Notes under the pieces: model-generated
Told to the model about the DNA's origin: nothing
Databases searched by the model: none
The model's input: only the letters and a program-made list of their open reading frames with translations
Assembly: GCA_039588295.1 (NCBI GenBank)
Contig: JBDHAB010000001.1
Coordinates: 352,001 to 416,000 of the forward strand
DNA from: Gemmatimonadota bacterium
GTDB taxonomy: Bacteria; Gemmatimonadota; Gemmatimonadetes; Gemmatimonadales; GWC2-71-9
Direction: 5' to 3'
Length of the DNA stretch: 64,000 nucleotides
Shown here: piece after piece, positions 1-11,626 of the stretch
Position numbering within the stretch: position 1 is the first letter of the stretch
Layout of the letters: the number at the start of each line of letters is the position of its first letter
Translations under genes and position numbers: made by a program

Positions 1-1763
1 TTCTGCTAAAGGACGACGGTTCACCCGCGGCCTTCTCCCCGGTTACCTGGCGATCGTTCCGTGCGGACGTGGCGGAGGTGGATCGGAACGGGAAGCTCGT
101 CGGTCTCTCGGCGGGAATGGGTGTGATCGAGGCCACGAGTGCGGGTGGTCTGCAAGCACGCATTCAAATCCAGGTAGCCATCCAGGAGTGGGCGTTTGCA
201 CTCCCTGTGGTTTCGCTGTCCCCACTCGAATCCGACACCGTGCGAATCCTCGTTCCCAGCCAATTGGGCCGCCGGGTTGAGGCTCGGTGGTTCAGCTGGC
301 GATCCACGAACCCGGACGTGGCCACGGTCTCGCCAATCGGGGTCGTGACAGCGATTTCCGCTGGGCGCGCTGAAATCATCGCGAACGGGTTCGGCCAGGA
401 GAGTCGGCTGCCGGCCACGGTGCATCGCGAAGTCACCGAGCTCGGTGTGGTTCCCCGGGCCGACACCGTGGTAGTCCCGCTCGGTGGGGAGTTCACGTTT
501 CGGGCGACGGCCTATGCCGCTGACGGCTCGGAGGTAACCGAGGCCCCCATCATCTGGAGCGTGGGTGATAGCACGCTGCTCGGCTTCGACCCCGAATCGG
601 CAAAGGCGACGGGCGAGGCCATCGGCACGACGACCGTGACGGTGCAGGCACACGGTGGCCTGAAGAAGACGTGGAGGGTCGACGTCGTTGCGGCCGGACT
701 CGCGCTGGACCGTCGCCGTCTTGGCATCAGCGTGGGCGAGTCGGCCACGTTGCACGCTTCGTTCGCGGACGCCTCGGGAACGCCGCTCGCTCCTGCGCGG
801 GAGGTGGCGTGGTCATCCTCCAACGCCAGTGTGGTGCAGGTGGCTTCGGATGGGACCCTCACCCCGGTGCGCCGGGGGCGAGCCCAAGTCGTGGCCGGCA
901 CGCCATGGGGTGTCGCCGACACCGCCCTCGTGTTCGTGCAGGGTGAACTGCTCGTCACGTCGACCCGCTCGGGCTCGGCCGATCTGTTTGCCTTGGACCG
1001 CGACGACCCCGGCAGTTTCAGCCAGATCACCGATGCGCCGTCGGACGAGTTATCAGCGGCCTATTCCGCCGACGGCTCTCGTATCGTCTTTGCCACAAAC
1101 CGCGACGGTAACTTCGAACTCTATGTGGTCGACGCGGATGGGGGGAATCCGCAGCGTCTGACCTCGACGGCCGTCAACGAATCCGAGCCCGTGTGGGCTC
1201 CGGATGGTTCCCAGATCGTGTACCAATCGGACTCGGGCGGAACTGTGCAGATCTGGCGGATGAATGCCGACGGGTCGGGCCAGCGACAGCTCACCGACGG
1301 TGCGGCCAACCTCGAGCCCGCGGTTTCTCCCAATGGCGCTACGATCGCGTTTACGTCGATTCGTGACGGCAACTACGAGGTCTACCTCATGGATCCCGAC
1401 GGTGCGAATCAACGAAACGCGACCAATTCGGACGCCCCGTTGCACGAACGAGCGCCGGCGTGGCGTGGCGACAGTACTCTGGTATACGTTCGCGAGGAAC
1501 GGGTTGGGCGCACGGCCACGTGGACGGTGGCGCAACAGCCGTTGTTGGGGCCGGTGGAGCCGCTGACGGGGCCGGACTTGGTCATCACGGACTTCGCTAT
1601 CTCCTCGACCGGCGATGTGTTGGCCGTGTCGGTCGAGACACCCGGGTCGCGCGGTGGAACGTCCCGTGGACTCGTGCTGATACCCCTCACCGGTGGGGGC
1701 CCAGTCGAAGTCCCTCGGGAAAGCGAGCGTGACCAGCTCGTGCGTCCGGCGTTTCGCCCGTAG
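1..1763 (+). CDS. Ig-like (Big_2) repeat protein with C-terminal TolB-like/PD40 beta-propeller; 5' partial
   Basis: Frame is open from position 3 (LLKDDGSPAAFSPVTWRS...). Repeated WxSxxxxVAxV..G Ig motifs, then PD40-like repeats (AYSADGSRIVF, PVWAPDGSQIVY, PAVSPNGATIAF). Confidence 0.8.
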   Translation, partial: LLKDDGSPAAFSPVTWRSFRADVAEVDRNGKLVGLSAGMGVIEATSAGGLQARIQIQVAIQEWAFALPVVSLSPLESDTVRILVPSQLGRRVEARWFSWRSTNPDVATVSPIGVVTAISAGRAEIIANGFGQESRLPATVHREVTELGVVPRADTVVVPLGGEFTFRATAYAADGSEVTEAPIIWSVGDSTLLGFDPESAKATGEAIGTTTVTVQAHGGLKKTWRVDVVAAGLALDRRRLGISVGESATLHASFADASGTPLAPAREVAWSSSNASVVQVASDGTLTPVRRGRAQVVAGTPWGVADTALVFVQGELLVTSTRSGSADLFALDRDDPGSFSQITDAPSDELSAAYSADGSRIVFATNRDGNFELYVVDADGGNPQRLTSTAVNESEPVWAPDGSQIVYQSDSGGTVQIWRMNADGSGQRQLTDGAANLEPAVSPNGATIAFTSIRDGNYEVYLMDPDGANQRNATNSDAPLHERAPAWRGDSTLVYVREERVGRTATWTVAQQPLLGPVEPLTGPDLVITDFAISSTGDVLAVSVETPGSRGGTSRGLVLIPLTGGGPVEVPRESERDQLVRPAFRP

Positions 1764-1817
1764 CGTAACGGTTCGCATTCGTCGCAAGACATCGAACGTC
1801 AACAACGCTCGCTCGTC

Positions 1818-2870
1818 ATGAAAGCACTCGTCATGCGGCGGCACGGGGATCTCTCGGAGCTTGAGGTGACGGACGTCCCCCAGCCGGCGCTCACCCAACC
1901 CGATGGGATCTTGGTGCGTCTCAAAGCGGCGGCCCTGAACCACCTCGATCTCTGGACTCTGCGGGGACTGCCCGGTCTCTCTCCCTCCTATCCCCATATC
2001 TTGGGCGGTGACGGCGCGGGGATCGTGGAAGAAGTCGGCGGCACCGTAACGGCCGTCGAGCCGGGTGACCACGTCCTGATCAACCCGGGCGTGTCATGCT
2101 ATCGCTGCGCATACTGTCTTGCTGGCGAGCACTCGCTCTGTGAAGGGTACCGGCTGCTTGGAGAGCACCTTCCGGGAACGTTGGCCGAGTACGTGGTGGT
2201 GCCGGAGCCGAACGTGCTGCCGGTTCCCACGCCGCCGCCTCCGCACGCCGAGCTGACCTGGCCCGAGGCGGCCGCGTTCTCGCTGGCGACGATCACCGCG
2301 TGGCGGATGTTGGTCACCCGTGCCCGACTGCGGCCCGGAGAGCGCGTGTTGATCTGGGGCGTGGGTGGCGGGGTCTCGAGCACGGCGCTGCGCATTGCCA
2401 AGCTACATGGCGCCTTCGTGATCGTTACGTCCTCGAGTGACGAAAAGCTCGCAGCGGCCCAACGACTCGGGGCCGACGTCACGCTGAATCACGTGACCCA
2501 GGATGTGGTGCGGGAGGTGCGTGTGCTGACGGGAAAGCTCGGCGTGGATGTCGTGGTCGAGAACGTCGGTGAAGCGACATGGGATCAGTCCCTGAAGCTC
2601 CTCCGCAGGGGTGGAAGGCTCGTCACGTGTGGCGCGACGACGGGCCCCAGCGTGAACGTCGACGTGCGACGTCTCTTCTGGTATCAGTGGACGATCATGG
2701 GATCGACCATGGGTAGTGCAGCGGAGTACCGGGAGATCGTGCGGCTCCTGGGACAGGGCCACTTGCGCCCGATTGTCGATTCGACATTCCCCTTGGACCG
2801 TGGAATTGAGGCGCTTCGGCGGCTACAACAAGGGGAGCAGTTGGGGAAGATCACGGTGGAGATTGGGTGA
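1818..2870 (+). CDS. Zinc-binding alcohol dehydrogenase / quinone oxidoreductase (MDR family)
   Basis: PHILGGDGAG, structural Zn CxxCxxC(x7)C, GVGGGV nucleotide-binding motif, C-terminal GKI. Confidence 0.88.
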   Translation: MKALVMRRHGDLSELEVTDVPQPALTQPDGILVRLKAAALNHLDLWTLRGLPGLSPSYPHILGGDGAGIVEEVGGTVTAVEPGDHVLINPGVSCYRCAYCLAGEHSLCEGYRLLGEHLPGTLAEYVVVPEPNVLPVPTPPPPHAELTWPEAAAFSLATITAWRMLVTRARLRPGERVLIWGVGGGVSSTALRIAKLHGAFVIVTSSSDEKLAAAQRLGADVTLNHVTQDVVREVRVLTGKLGVDVVVENVGEATWDQSLKLLRRGGRLVTCGATTGPSVNVDVRRLFWYQWTIMGSTMGSAAEYREIVRLLGQGHLRPIVDSTFPLDRGIEALRRLQQGEQLGKITVEIG

Positions 2871-2907
2871 GAGCCGGGCGGCACGGAGAGGGCGGTCGCG
2901 GGTGGGA

Positions 2908-3231
2908 TCAGGGTTGCAGGTCATCCCCGCGCTTCAAGAGGACTGTGTCCGCGCCTCGTCCGAATACGAGCTGCCCAATCGGTGCCGTGACCACGCCCAC
3001 GTAGTGCCCCAAGTCATCGAACAGAGCAACTCCTAGCCGAGTCTTCACCGCGCGCGCGCCCGATGGCCGAGTCGAGCGCGACGCGCGTGGCGGCGCCACG
3101 GCGCGCGCGCCCGTGGTGGCCCACGGCGACGCTGCTGCTGGATGTGCCATCGCAAGTACTCCTCCCACCCACTCTACGCTTTCGCCGGTTCCGAGATTCA
3201 CGTGGCTGCCTCCCGCCACCATCGTACTCAT
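2908..3231 (-). CDS. Small hypothetical protein; C-terminus resembles the last blade of a beta-propeller
   Basis: 107-aa ORF; ATG lies 5 nt after an ECF-like promoter motif; ends LFDDLGHYVGVVTAPIGQLVFGRGADTVLLKR. Confidence 0.5.
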   Translation of the reverse strand: MSTMVAGGSHVNLGTGESVEWVGGVLAMAHPAAASPWATTGARAVAPPRASRSTRPSGARAVKTRLGVALFDDLGHYVGVVTAPIGQLVFGRGADTVLLKRGDDLQP

Positions 3232-3236
3232 CCGGT

Positions 3237-3265
3237 TAGATGCGTTTGCGAGAGGGATGGTTGCA
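3237..3265 (-). promoter_or_regulatory. Candidate ECF-sigma promoter TGCAACC-N15-GCATCTA
   Basis: Matches the motif at 27690-27718 with identical spacing. Confidence 0.55.
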
Positions 3266-3396
3266 CGCGGCCGGGGCGTGGGGCTCGTCCGCGGTGAGAA
3301 TCCGGCCGCTCACGGCCGCGTTCAGCGCCGCGTTTGCCGTGAGCACGACCCGTGCTAATTCGTTGACTGTAAGGAAGTTACGAGTTCTCACAAGGA

Positions 3397-3425
3397 TTGA
3401 TTTCGGGTCTGCGACACGCTATTAT
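3397..3425 (+). promoter_or_regulatory. Sigma70-like promoter of gyrA (TTGATT-17-TATTAT)
   Basis: TTGATT 3397-3402, TATTAT 3420-3425, in an AT-rich patch. Confidence 0.65.
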
Positions 3426-3439
3426 TATCGGACCGCATC

Positions 3440-3469
3440 AGGGGTCGGTCACGGCCCCTTTTTTGTTTT
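3440..3469 (+). terminator. Intrinsic-terminator-like hairpin in the gyrA leader
   Basis: AGGGGTCG-gtca-CGGCCCCT followed by TTTTTGTTTT. Confidence 0.5.
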
Positions 3470-3486
3470 CTCGGACCAGGATCGTC

Positions 3487-6003
3487 ATGACCGCACCCAA
3501 CCAGCGCGAGCGCATCGTCTCCCGCCTCATCGAAGATGAGATGAAGGAATCGTTCATCGATTATTCGATGAGCGTCATCGTGCAGCGTGCTCTCCCCGAT
3601 GTCCGAGACGGGCTCAAACCGGTACACCGCCGCATCCTCTACGCGATGAACGAGCTTGGGCTCCAACCTGGCCGGCCCCACAAGAAGAGCGCCACGGTCG
3701 TCGGTGACGTGCTCGGCAAGTATCACCCGCATGGGGACATGGCGGTGTACGATTCGCTGGTGCGGATGGTGCAGAACTTCTCGCTGCGCTATCCCCTGGT
3801 CGACGGGCAAGGGAACTTCGGTTCGGTCGATGGTGACAGTGCAGCCGCGTATCGGTACACGGAGGCCCGACTCACGCCGCTCGCGGTGGCCATGCTCGAG
3901 GACATCGACAAGAACACGGTCCCGTTCGTGCCGAATTTCGATGATCGGCTCGAAGAGCCGACCGTCCTTCCTGCGAAGCTCCCCAGTCTCTTGGTCAACG
4001 GGTCGTCGGGTATTGCGGTCGGAATGGCAACAAACATTCCACCGCACAACCTGAGTGAGGTTGCCACTGCGCTCAAGCATCTCGTTGACCATCCTGATTG
4101 CGAGATTGCCGACCTGAGGCGGCACGTGCTCGGTCCTGATTTTCCCACGGGTGGGTACATCTACGGTCGCGACGGCATCAGGGAGTGCTACGAGACCGGG
4201 CGTGGTCGTATCGTGATGCGCGCGCGCGCCCAGGTGGAAGAGCGGGAATCCTCCGGCAAGGTGCAGATCGTAGTCACCGAGATCCCGTTCATGGTCAACA
4301 AGTCGCGCCTGATCGAGCAGATCGCCGATCTCGTGCGGCAGAAGAAGGTGACGGACATCGCCGATCTCCGCGATGAGTCCGATCGTGACGGGATGCGGAT
4401 CGTGATCGTGCTCAAGCGGGACGCGAATCCGACGGTTGTTCTGAATCAGTTCTACAAGCACACACAGATGCAGACGACCTTCGGCGCGATCATGCTGGCC
4501 CTGGTCGACGGGCAGCCTCGGATCATGAATCTCAAGGAGCTGCTCCAGAACTTCGTCGACCATCGGCATGAAGTCATCACGGCTCGCACGGAGTTCGACC
4601 TGCAGCAGGCGCAGGCGCGGGAGCACATCCTGGAAGGCCTCAAGATCGCGGTCGACAACATCGATGAGGTTGTCCAGATCATTCGCAAGTCCAAGGACGT
4701 TCCCACGGCGGACGCCGCGCTGCGGCAGCAGTTTGGGCTCAGTGAGAAACAGAGCGAGGCGATACTCAATATGCGCCTCGCTCGCCTCACGGGGCTCGAG
4801 ATCGACAAGCTCGAGGCGGAGCTCAAAGAGGTTCTGGCGCTCATCAAGCAGCTCAAGAGTATCCTCGCTTCCCGACCGAAGCGCATGGAGATACTCAAGG
4901 ACGAGCTCGATCAACTCGTGAAGAAGTTCGGTGACGATCGACGCACGGAGATCGTGGCCGACGTCGGTGATTTCTCGGTCGAAGATCTGATTGCCGAGGA
5001 GGACATGGTCGTCACGATCTCACATTCCGGGTACATCAAGCGTATTCCCGTAACCACCTACCGCCGTCAACGGCGGGGTGGGCGGGGCCTAAACGGAATG
5101 GGCACCAAGGCGGACGACTGGGTCGAGCACCTGTTCATTGCATCGACCCATGATTATGTCCTGTTCTTCACCCACAACGGTCAGGTGTATTGGCTGAAGG
5201 TGTACGACATTCCACAGGGCGGCAGAGCGGCACGTGGTAGGCCGATCGTGAACCTGATTCAAGTCAAGCCCGATGAACGGATCGCGGCGTTTGTCAGCGT
5301 GCGGGAGTTCAGCGAGGACCAGTATCTGATGTTTGCGACGGCGCAAGGAGTGGTGAAGAAGACATCACTTGCCGCCTATGGAAACCCACGCGCGAGTGGT
5401 ATCAACGCGATCAATATCGAGCCCGACGATGAGTTGATCGAAGTGCAGTTGACTGATGGTACCAGTGACGTTGTGCTCGCCACTCGTGCTGGTATGAGTA
5501 TTCGGTTCTCTGAGAAAGACGCTCGGGAGCTGGGACGTGCAACGAGCGGCGTCCGCGGCATCCAGCTCGAGTCTGGTGACCGCGTCATCGGCATGGTGGT
5601 CATTCGTCGTGAAGCGACGCTGCTGGTCGTCAGCGAGCGCGGGCTCGGCAAGCGCTCGCCGCTTTCGGATTACCGGATTCAGAAGCGGGGCGGGAAGGGC
5701 ATCATCACACTGAGACGCACCGACAAGACCGGCTCGGTCGTGGCGCTCAAGGAAGTGCTGCCCGAAGACGAGTTGATGCTCGTAACACGGCACGGGGTCA
5801 TCATTCGCCTACCGGTCGAGGGCATCCGCGTCATCGGTCGCAACACCCAGGGCGTAAAGGTGATGAATCTCGACGCGGGCGATTTGGTGGTGGACGTCGC
5901 TCGAGTCGTGCGGGAGGACGAGGCGGAGACCGAAGTCGAGAATCTATCGGCCAGTGCACAGATGGTTGCAGAGGGCCGCGATCAGCGTGAAATGACACTG
6001 TAG
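3487..6003 (+). CDS. gyrA: DNA gyrase subunit A
   Basis: [34 protein letters not shown] catalytic Tyr, GyrA-box QRRGGRG. Start reassigned to ATG 3487. Confidence 0.97.
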   Translation: MTAPNQRERIVSRLIEDEMKESFIDYSMSVIVQRALPDVRDGLKPVHRRILYAMNELGLQPGRPHKKSATVVGDVLGKYHPHGDMAVYDSLVRMVQNFSLRYPLVDGQGNFGSVDGDSAAAYRYTEARLTPLAVAMLEDIDKNTVPFVPNFDDRLEEPTVLPAKLPSLLVNGSSGIAVGMATNIPPHNLSEVATALKHLVDHPDCEIADLRRHVLGPDFPTGGYIYGRDGIRECYETGRGRIVMRARAQVEERESSGKVQIVVTEIPFMVNKSRLIEQIADLVRQKKVTDIADLRDESDRDGMRIVIVLKRDANPTVVLNQFYKHTQMQTTFGAIMLALVDGQPRIMNLKELLQNFVDHRHEVITARTEFDLQQAQAREHILEGLKIAVDNIDEVVQIIRKSKDVPTADAALRQQFGLSEKQSEAILNMRLARLTGLEIDKLEAELKEVLALIKQLKSILASRPKRMEILKDELDQLVKKFGDDRRTEIVADVGDFSVEDLIAEEDMVVTISHSGYIKRIPVTTYRRQRRGGRGLNGMGTKADDWVEHLFIASTHDYVLFFTHNGQVYWLKVYDIPQGGRAARGRPIVNLIQVKPDERIAAFVSVREFSEDQYLMFATAQGVVKKTSLAAYGNPRASGINAINIEPDDELIEVQLTDGTSDVVLATRAGMSIRFSEKDARELGRATSGVRGIQLESGDRVIGMVVIRREATLLVVSERGLGKRSPLSDYRIQKRGGKGIITLRRTDKTGSVVALKEVLPEDELMLVTRHGVIIRLPVEGIRVIGRNTQGVKVMNLDAGDLVVDVARVVREDEAETEVENLSASAQMVAEGRDQREMTL

Positions 6004-6968
6004 TGGGCGCTACGAGCCGCCGCGTCACGCTTCAGGATATCCGCGAGGCAGCCGACGGGATTGCGGGAGTTGCGGTACGCACGCCGCTCCGCGAACTCGC
6101 AGCGTTGTCCGACGTCGCGGGGTTTCCCGTCTATCTCAAGCTCGAGAATCTCCAGCCCACCGGGGCATTCAAGCTCCGCGGTGCCTGGACGTTTGCGCGC
6201 CGCCTTCCACCGGAGACGCGCGGGCACGGTTTCATCACGTATTCCAGTGGCAACCACGGGCAGGCGGTCGCGTTCGTGGCGCAGCGCCTGGGAACGCGTG
6301 CGGTCGTGGTGATGCCTGAGACGGTGCCGGCTCTCAAGATCGACGGTGTGCGCAGGTGGGGGGGTGAAGTACGTTTCGCAGGGACCACATCAGAAGATCG
6401 CTTGGAGCGCGCGATGGAGATGGCAACGGCGGAAGGGCTCACGGTGATCCCGCCCTACGACCATCCGGATATCATCGCCGGGCAGGGTACGGTTGGACTG
6501 GAGATCATGGAGGACCTTCCGGAAGTCGCACACGTCGTGGTTCCGGTCGGAGGAGGCGGCCTGATTGCGGGCATTACCACGGCGCTCAAGACGCTGAGGG
6601 CCAAGACGAGAGTCACCGGTGTCGAGCCCGAGGGGGGCGCGGCGCTGCAAGCGGCGCTTCAGGCAGGCGTGCCCGTTCGGCTCGAGCGCACCGCGAGCAT
6701 CGCTGACGGTTTGCTTCCGCTTTCGGTCGGCACGGTTACTTTCTCTCATCTAAAGGATCGTGTCGATGCTGTCACGGTGTCAGACCGGGCAATTGCGAAC
6801 GCGACGGTGTGGCTCCATCAGGAGGGTGGCATCCTCGCCGAACCGTCTGGAGCTGCGACGACGGCCGCGCTGCGGGAAGGAACGATCGATCCCGAGGGGC
6901 CGATCGCCCTCGTGGTGAGTGGGGGCAATGTGGATCCAGACAGTTTGCAGACGCTGGCGAAAGGGTAG
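6003..6968 (+). CDS. Threonine/serine dehydratase (PLP fold type II, no regulatory domain)
   Basis: KLENLQPTGAFKLRGA, SSGNHGQ, PVGGGGL, SGGNVD. GTG overlaps the gyrA stop. Confidence 0.88.
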   Translation: MGATSRRVTLQDIREAADGIAGVAVRTPLRELAALSDVAGFPVYLKLENLQPTGAFKLRGAWTFARRLPPETRGHGFITYSSGNHGQAVAFVAQRLGTRAVVVMPETVPALKIDGVRRWGGEVRFAGTTSEDRLERAMEMATAEGLTVIPPYDHPDIIAGQGTVGLEIMEDLPEVAHVVVPVGGGGLIAGITTALKTLRAKTRVTGVEPEGGAALQAALQAGVPVRLERTASIADGLLPLSVGTVTFSHLKDRVDAVTVSDRAIANATVWLHQEGGILAEPSGAATTAALREGTIDPEGPIALVVSGGNVDPDSLQTLAKG

Positions 6969-6980
6969 TAGTCGAGGCCG

Positions 6981-8431
6981 ATGACGTCGAAACCTGCCAA
7001 GATCCTCGTCGTCGACGACGATCGGGTCCAACTCACGGAGTTTCAGGCGCTGCTGGAGGCGAACGGCTATGTCGTCGCCGCGCTGCAGGACGGCGACGAA
7101 GTGCTCCCCGCGCTCGACAAAGAGCGTCCCGATCTCCTGCTCCTCGATATACTCATGCCCAAGATCGACGGGCTGAACGTCTTGAAGCTGGTCAAGCGTC
7201 ACGGGCAGTGGCGGGACATCCCGGTGCTCATGATTTCCTGTCTGTCGCCGGAAGAAGCGACCGTGGAGGCGCTCGAGTTGGGGGCATCGGACTTCATTGC
7301 GAAGCCGTTTCGACCCCAGGAGCTCGTTGCCCGCATCGAGGCGCAGTTGCGGGCCGGTCGCGCGTTGCGGGAGGCACGGCTCGAGGCGCGTCAGCGGGCG
7401 GGCGAAGCAGCGATTCAGGCGGAGATGCTGGACATACTGCACGAGGTCACCGCCGCCTTTGCGCCCGTGGAGATCTACCGCGTGCTGGCGCGGCGCGTCG
7501 CGAATGCGCTCAGCTTGGCCCGGTGCTCCGTCGTGCTCGCGAAGCACGGCGACCCGTTTGGCCGAGTGGTTGTTGCGGCCGAAGAGCCGTCGGTTCGAGA
7601 TCTCGAGGTGCGCCTAGATCGCTATCCAGAGATCGTGCGGGCGCTGGAGACCAACCGCGCCGTCCTGGTTCACGACGTGCACAGCGACCCGTTGTATGCG
7701 GAGATCCGAAAGGAGTGGGACCGCACCGGCACCGCGGTTTCGACCCGCTCGGTCATTGCGATCCCGTTCAGCGTGCGTGGTGTGCAATCGGGAGTATTCT
7801 TCCTGCGGACCATCGAGAACGAAGCCGCGCTCACCGGGGAAGATGTCGTGTTCGCCGAGCGTGTGGTGCATACAGCGGTGAGCGTGGTTGAGAAGGCCTA
7901 CGCGCTGGAGGCTGCTCGGTCCGCGAAAGAGCGCTATGAAATCCTCGCTTCCACGGATCCGCTCACGGGTTGTCTCAACCGGCGGGCGCTGAGCGATCGT
8001 CTCGAAGATGAGCTGGAGCGCGCGCAGCGCTATGCCTTGGCACTGAGCGTGCTGATGGTCGACATCGACGACTTCAAGCAGGTCAATGATGCCCATGGCC
8101 ACCGGGCGGGCGATGAGGTGCTGCGGGATTTCGGAGATCTGCTCCGTCGCGAGGTCCGGGGGGTGGACGTCGTCGCGCGCTACGGCGGTGACGAGTTCGT
8201 GGTCATCCTTCCGGAGACCAGCCTCCCGGGAGCGGTATCCTCGGCCGAGCGCATTAGAAAGCGCATCGCCGAGCACGTGTTCACCGCGGGTGAGGCAACG
8301 CAGCCCATTACGGTGTCGATCGGCTTGGCCACGGCTGCGGTCGGTGAAGCGGCGGCTCCCCACGACCTGTTGGCCCGGGCCGATTCCGCTCTGTTCAGCG
8401 CCAAGGAAACGGGCCGCAACTCGGTACGATC

Positions 8432-8435
<4 letters not shown>
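6981..8435 (+). CDS. Response-regulator receiver - GAF - GGDEF diguanylate cyclase
   Basis: ILVVDD...LLDILMP...KPF receiver; GAF-like middle; TDPLTG, DIDDFK, RxxD I-site (RGVD), RYGGDEF. Confidence 0.92.
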
Positions 8436-9499
<1,064 letters not shown>

Positions 9500-9539
9500 G
9501 CGCTCAGCGGTACGTCCCGCCCCATGGGAGGGGCATGCT

Positions 9540-10382
9540 TCATGGAGTTTCGAAGCGGCGAAAATCGATGTCAGGATTGACCACGACATCGGAGATCACG
9601 AGCGCCTTGGTGCGCTTGCCGGACATGGTTATCCAGTCTCGTCGGACGACGTAGGGATACTGAAGCGATCCGGCACGCTGCGTCTCGCCCCAGAGCAGTC
9701 GATTCAGCGATGTGCTTCCTTCCTCAACATATGTCACTTCGTGTGGAAACGGGTGCCCAGGTGCGAAGTAGTAGGTGAAGACATCTTGATGCTCGCCGAC
9801 TCCGACCCCGAACGAGACGCCGACGGCGTGGTAGCGATCGTCGGCGGCCCGAGACGGTTCCGCCTCCCCATCCCACGCCGCTCCCGGCCGTTCGCGTACG
9901 CCGAGGTACGTGAGGTACACGCCGGGGTCTCGGAGCTTGAACGGCAATCCCATCCAATAGAACACGTCTCGAGCGACGTAGAGCGCCTCCCGGGCGTCCT
10001 TGACAGTATCCGGTAGTAGCACGCCGGCCATCGCGGCCCATGCAGGACCACTGCCGTTGAATCCCTGCTGGATGAAATCGGCGCCTTCCCAGCGCTCGAT
10101 TCGCGATGCTTCCCCGTGCGATCCGCGTTGGATCCAAACGTAGCGTGGGCGGGCTCGCTTCACCCGTCCGCTGACGGTGTCATGCAGGACCGTCGTCACT
10201 GTGAACGACGCTGAGCTGAACTGGTCGTACGTTTCCATGCCCCCGACGGCATCGATCCATGCTCCGACGAGCGAATCCGCGATCTGATCCCGGGCCGGGG
10301 TGTCTTGTTGTGCCGCTGCGCCCGTAGTGCCGGCGCTCGTCAGGAGGGTTGCCACCGCAAGGAACCGGATGCTCGGAGACAT
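9540..10382 (-). CDS. Secreted hypothetical protein (LolA-like/DUF6503-like)
   Basis: Signal peptide ending AAAQ; WIDAVGG and YWMGLPFKLRDPGV motifs. Confidence 0.65.
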   Translation of the reverse strand: MSPSIRFLAVATLLTSAGTTGAAAQQDTPARDQIADSLVGAWIDAVGGMETYDQFSSASFTVTTVLHDTVSGRVKRARPRYVWIQRGSHGEASRIERWEGADFIQQGFNGSGPAWAAMAGVLLPDTVKDAREALYVARDVFYWMGLPFKLRDPGVYLTYLGVRERPGAAWDGEAEPSRAADDRYHAVGVSFGVGVGEHQDVFTYYFAPGHPFPHEVTYVEEGSTSLNRLLWGETQRAGSLQYPYVVRRDWITMSGKRTKALVISDVVVNPDIDFRRFETP

Positions 10383-10491
10383 AGGACTCAACACCAGTGT
10401 GGATGAATGAGAGGAGATGCGACCGTCTTGCCCCTTCGGGTTCGGTCACGGATATTAGGCCCTGCCTCTTTGTGGAGCAACACGCCTCTCC

Positions 10492-11577
10492 ATGAGACGG
10501 TTTCCGACCTATGACCCTCCGGAATACGCTGAGTGGCTTCCGGATCCTAAGCTCGTTGCGGCGTTCGGCGCGACGCTGGAGCGTGAGCCGGAGCGCAAGG
10601 CTATTCTCGAAGGGTTGGATCGTGACGCCCTGCTTCGCGTTTACGCCGCGATGGTGCGGACCCGTCTGCACGATGTGATGCTGAAACGGTGGGTGCATCA
10701 AGGCATCATATCGAAGGCATGGCTCGGAACGGGCGAGGAGGCGGCAACCATTGGGCCCGTTCACGCCGTCGATCGGTCGGTAGACGTCGTTGCCCCGATG
10801 ATTCGCAACGCGGGGGCATGCTGCGAGATGGGGATGTCGGTCGCCGACATGCTGCGCGGGTATCTCGGCACGTACGATTCGCCGTCGAAGGGACGTGACG
10901 GTCACGTCGGGGGCCTGGCACACCGGGTGCTGCAGCCGATTTCCAACATCGGGAATATGCCTGCCGTCACGATTGGGATCGCACTGGCGCTCAAGATGCA
11001 GCGCAACCCCGGCGTAGCGTTGACCTGGGTCGGCGACGGTTCGGTCAAATCGGGTCCGACACACGAGGCATTCAACTTCGCCGCCGTGCAGCGGCTACCC
11101 GTCGTCTTCGTGATTCAAAACAACCAAATTGCACTAGGCACCTTGCTGCGCCTGTATCATCGGGCGGCCGACTTCAGCGAGATCCACAAGGCATATGGAT
11201 GTGCCGGGTGGTCATTCGACGGCAACAATGTGCTGGATGCGTATGCGGCTACGAAGCTGGCGGTGGACCGCTGCCGGGCGGGAGACGGGCCGGTGATTCT
11301 CTCCGGGAACACGTTCAGGATGGGAGGGCACGCAACGCATGACGAGCACGATGCCCGTCGCCTCATTCCCTCGGAGGTGTACGCGTATTGGGGAAAGCGG
11401 GATCCAATCGGATTGTTTGAGGAGTATCTGATCCATCAGGGGGTGCCGGCGGCGGAGCTGCACCGCGTCGAGACAGATGTGACGGCGGAGATCGATGATG
11501 CGGCGGCGGAGGCGCTCGCGAGTCGAGAGAGCAATATGCCGCCCCCCGAATCAGCGCTTGACGATATCTACGCATGA
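10492..11577 (+). CDS. TPP-dependent 2-oxoacid dehydrogenase E1 alpha subunit
   Basis: GEEA, GDG...NN TPP motif, DGNNV, FRMGGHATHD, RDPI. Confidence 0.88.
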   Translation: MRRFPTYDPPEYAEWLPDPKLVAAFGATLEREPERKAILEGLDRDALLRVYAAMVRTRLHDVMLKRWVHQGIISKAWLGTGEEAATIGPVHAVDRSVDVVAPMIRNAGACCEMGMSVADMLRGYLGTYDSPSKGRDGHVGGLAHRVLQPISNIGNMPAVTIGIALALKMQRNPGVALTWVGDGSVKSGPTHEAFNFAAVQRLPVVFVIQNNQIALGTLLRLYHRAADFSEIHKAYGCAGWSFDGNNVLDAYAATKLAVDRCRAGDGPVILSGNTFRMGGHATHDEHDARRLIPSEVYAYWGKRDPIGLFEEYLIHQGVPAAELHRVETDVTAEIDDAAAEALASRESNMPPPESALDDIYA

Positions 11578-11626
11578 CAACAGGCCGTGGGCCCGGACAG
11601 GTCGTCCACGGTCAGAGGAGGTATCC

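Noticed and set aside
3388..4914. 508-aa antisense ORF over gyrA, and similar long antisense or alternate-frame ORFs (e.g. 8180-9460, 23447-24478, 31699-32676)
   Set aside because: Shadow ORFs expected from high-GC codon bias; no motifs, and they overlap well-supported genes.
10414..10445. GCATCTC upstream of the secreted protein at 10382 as another ECF site
   Set aside because: -35 element and spacing do not match the two strong sites.
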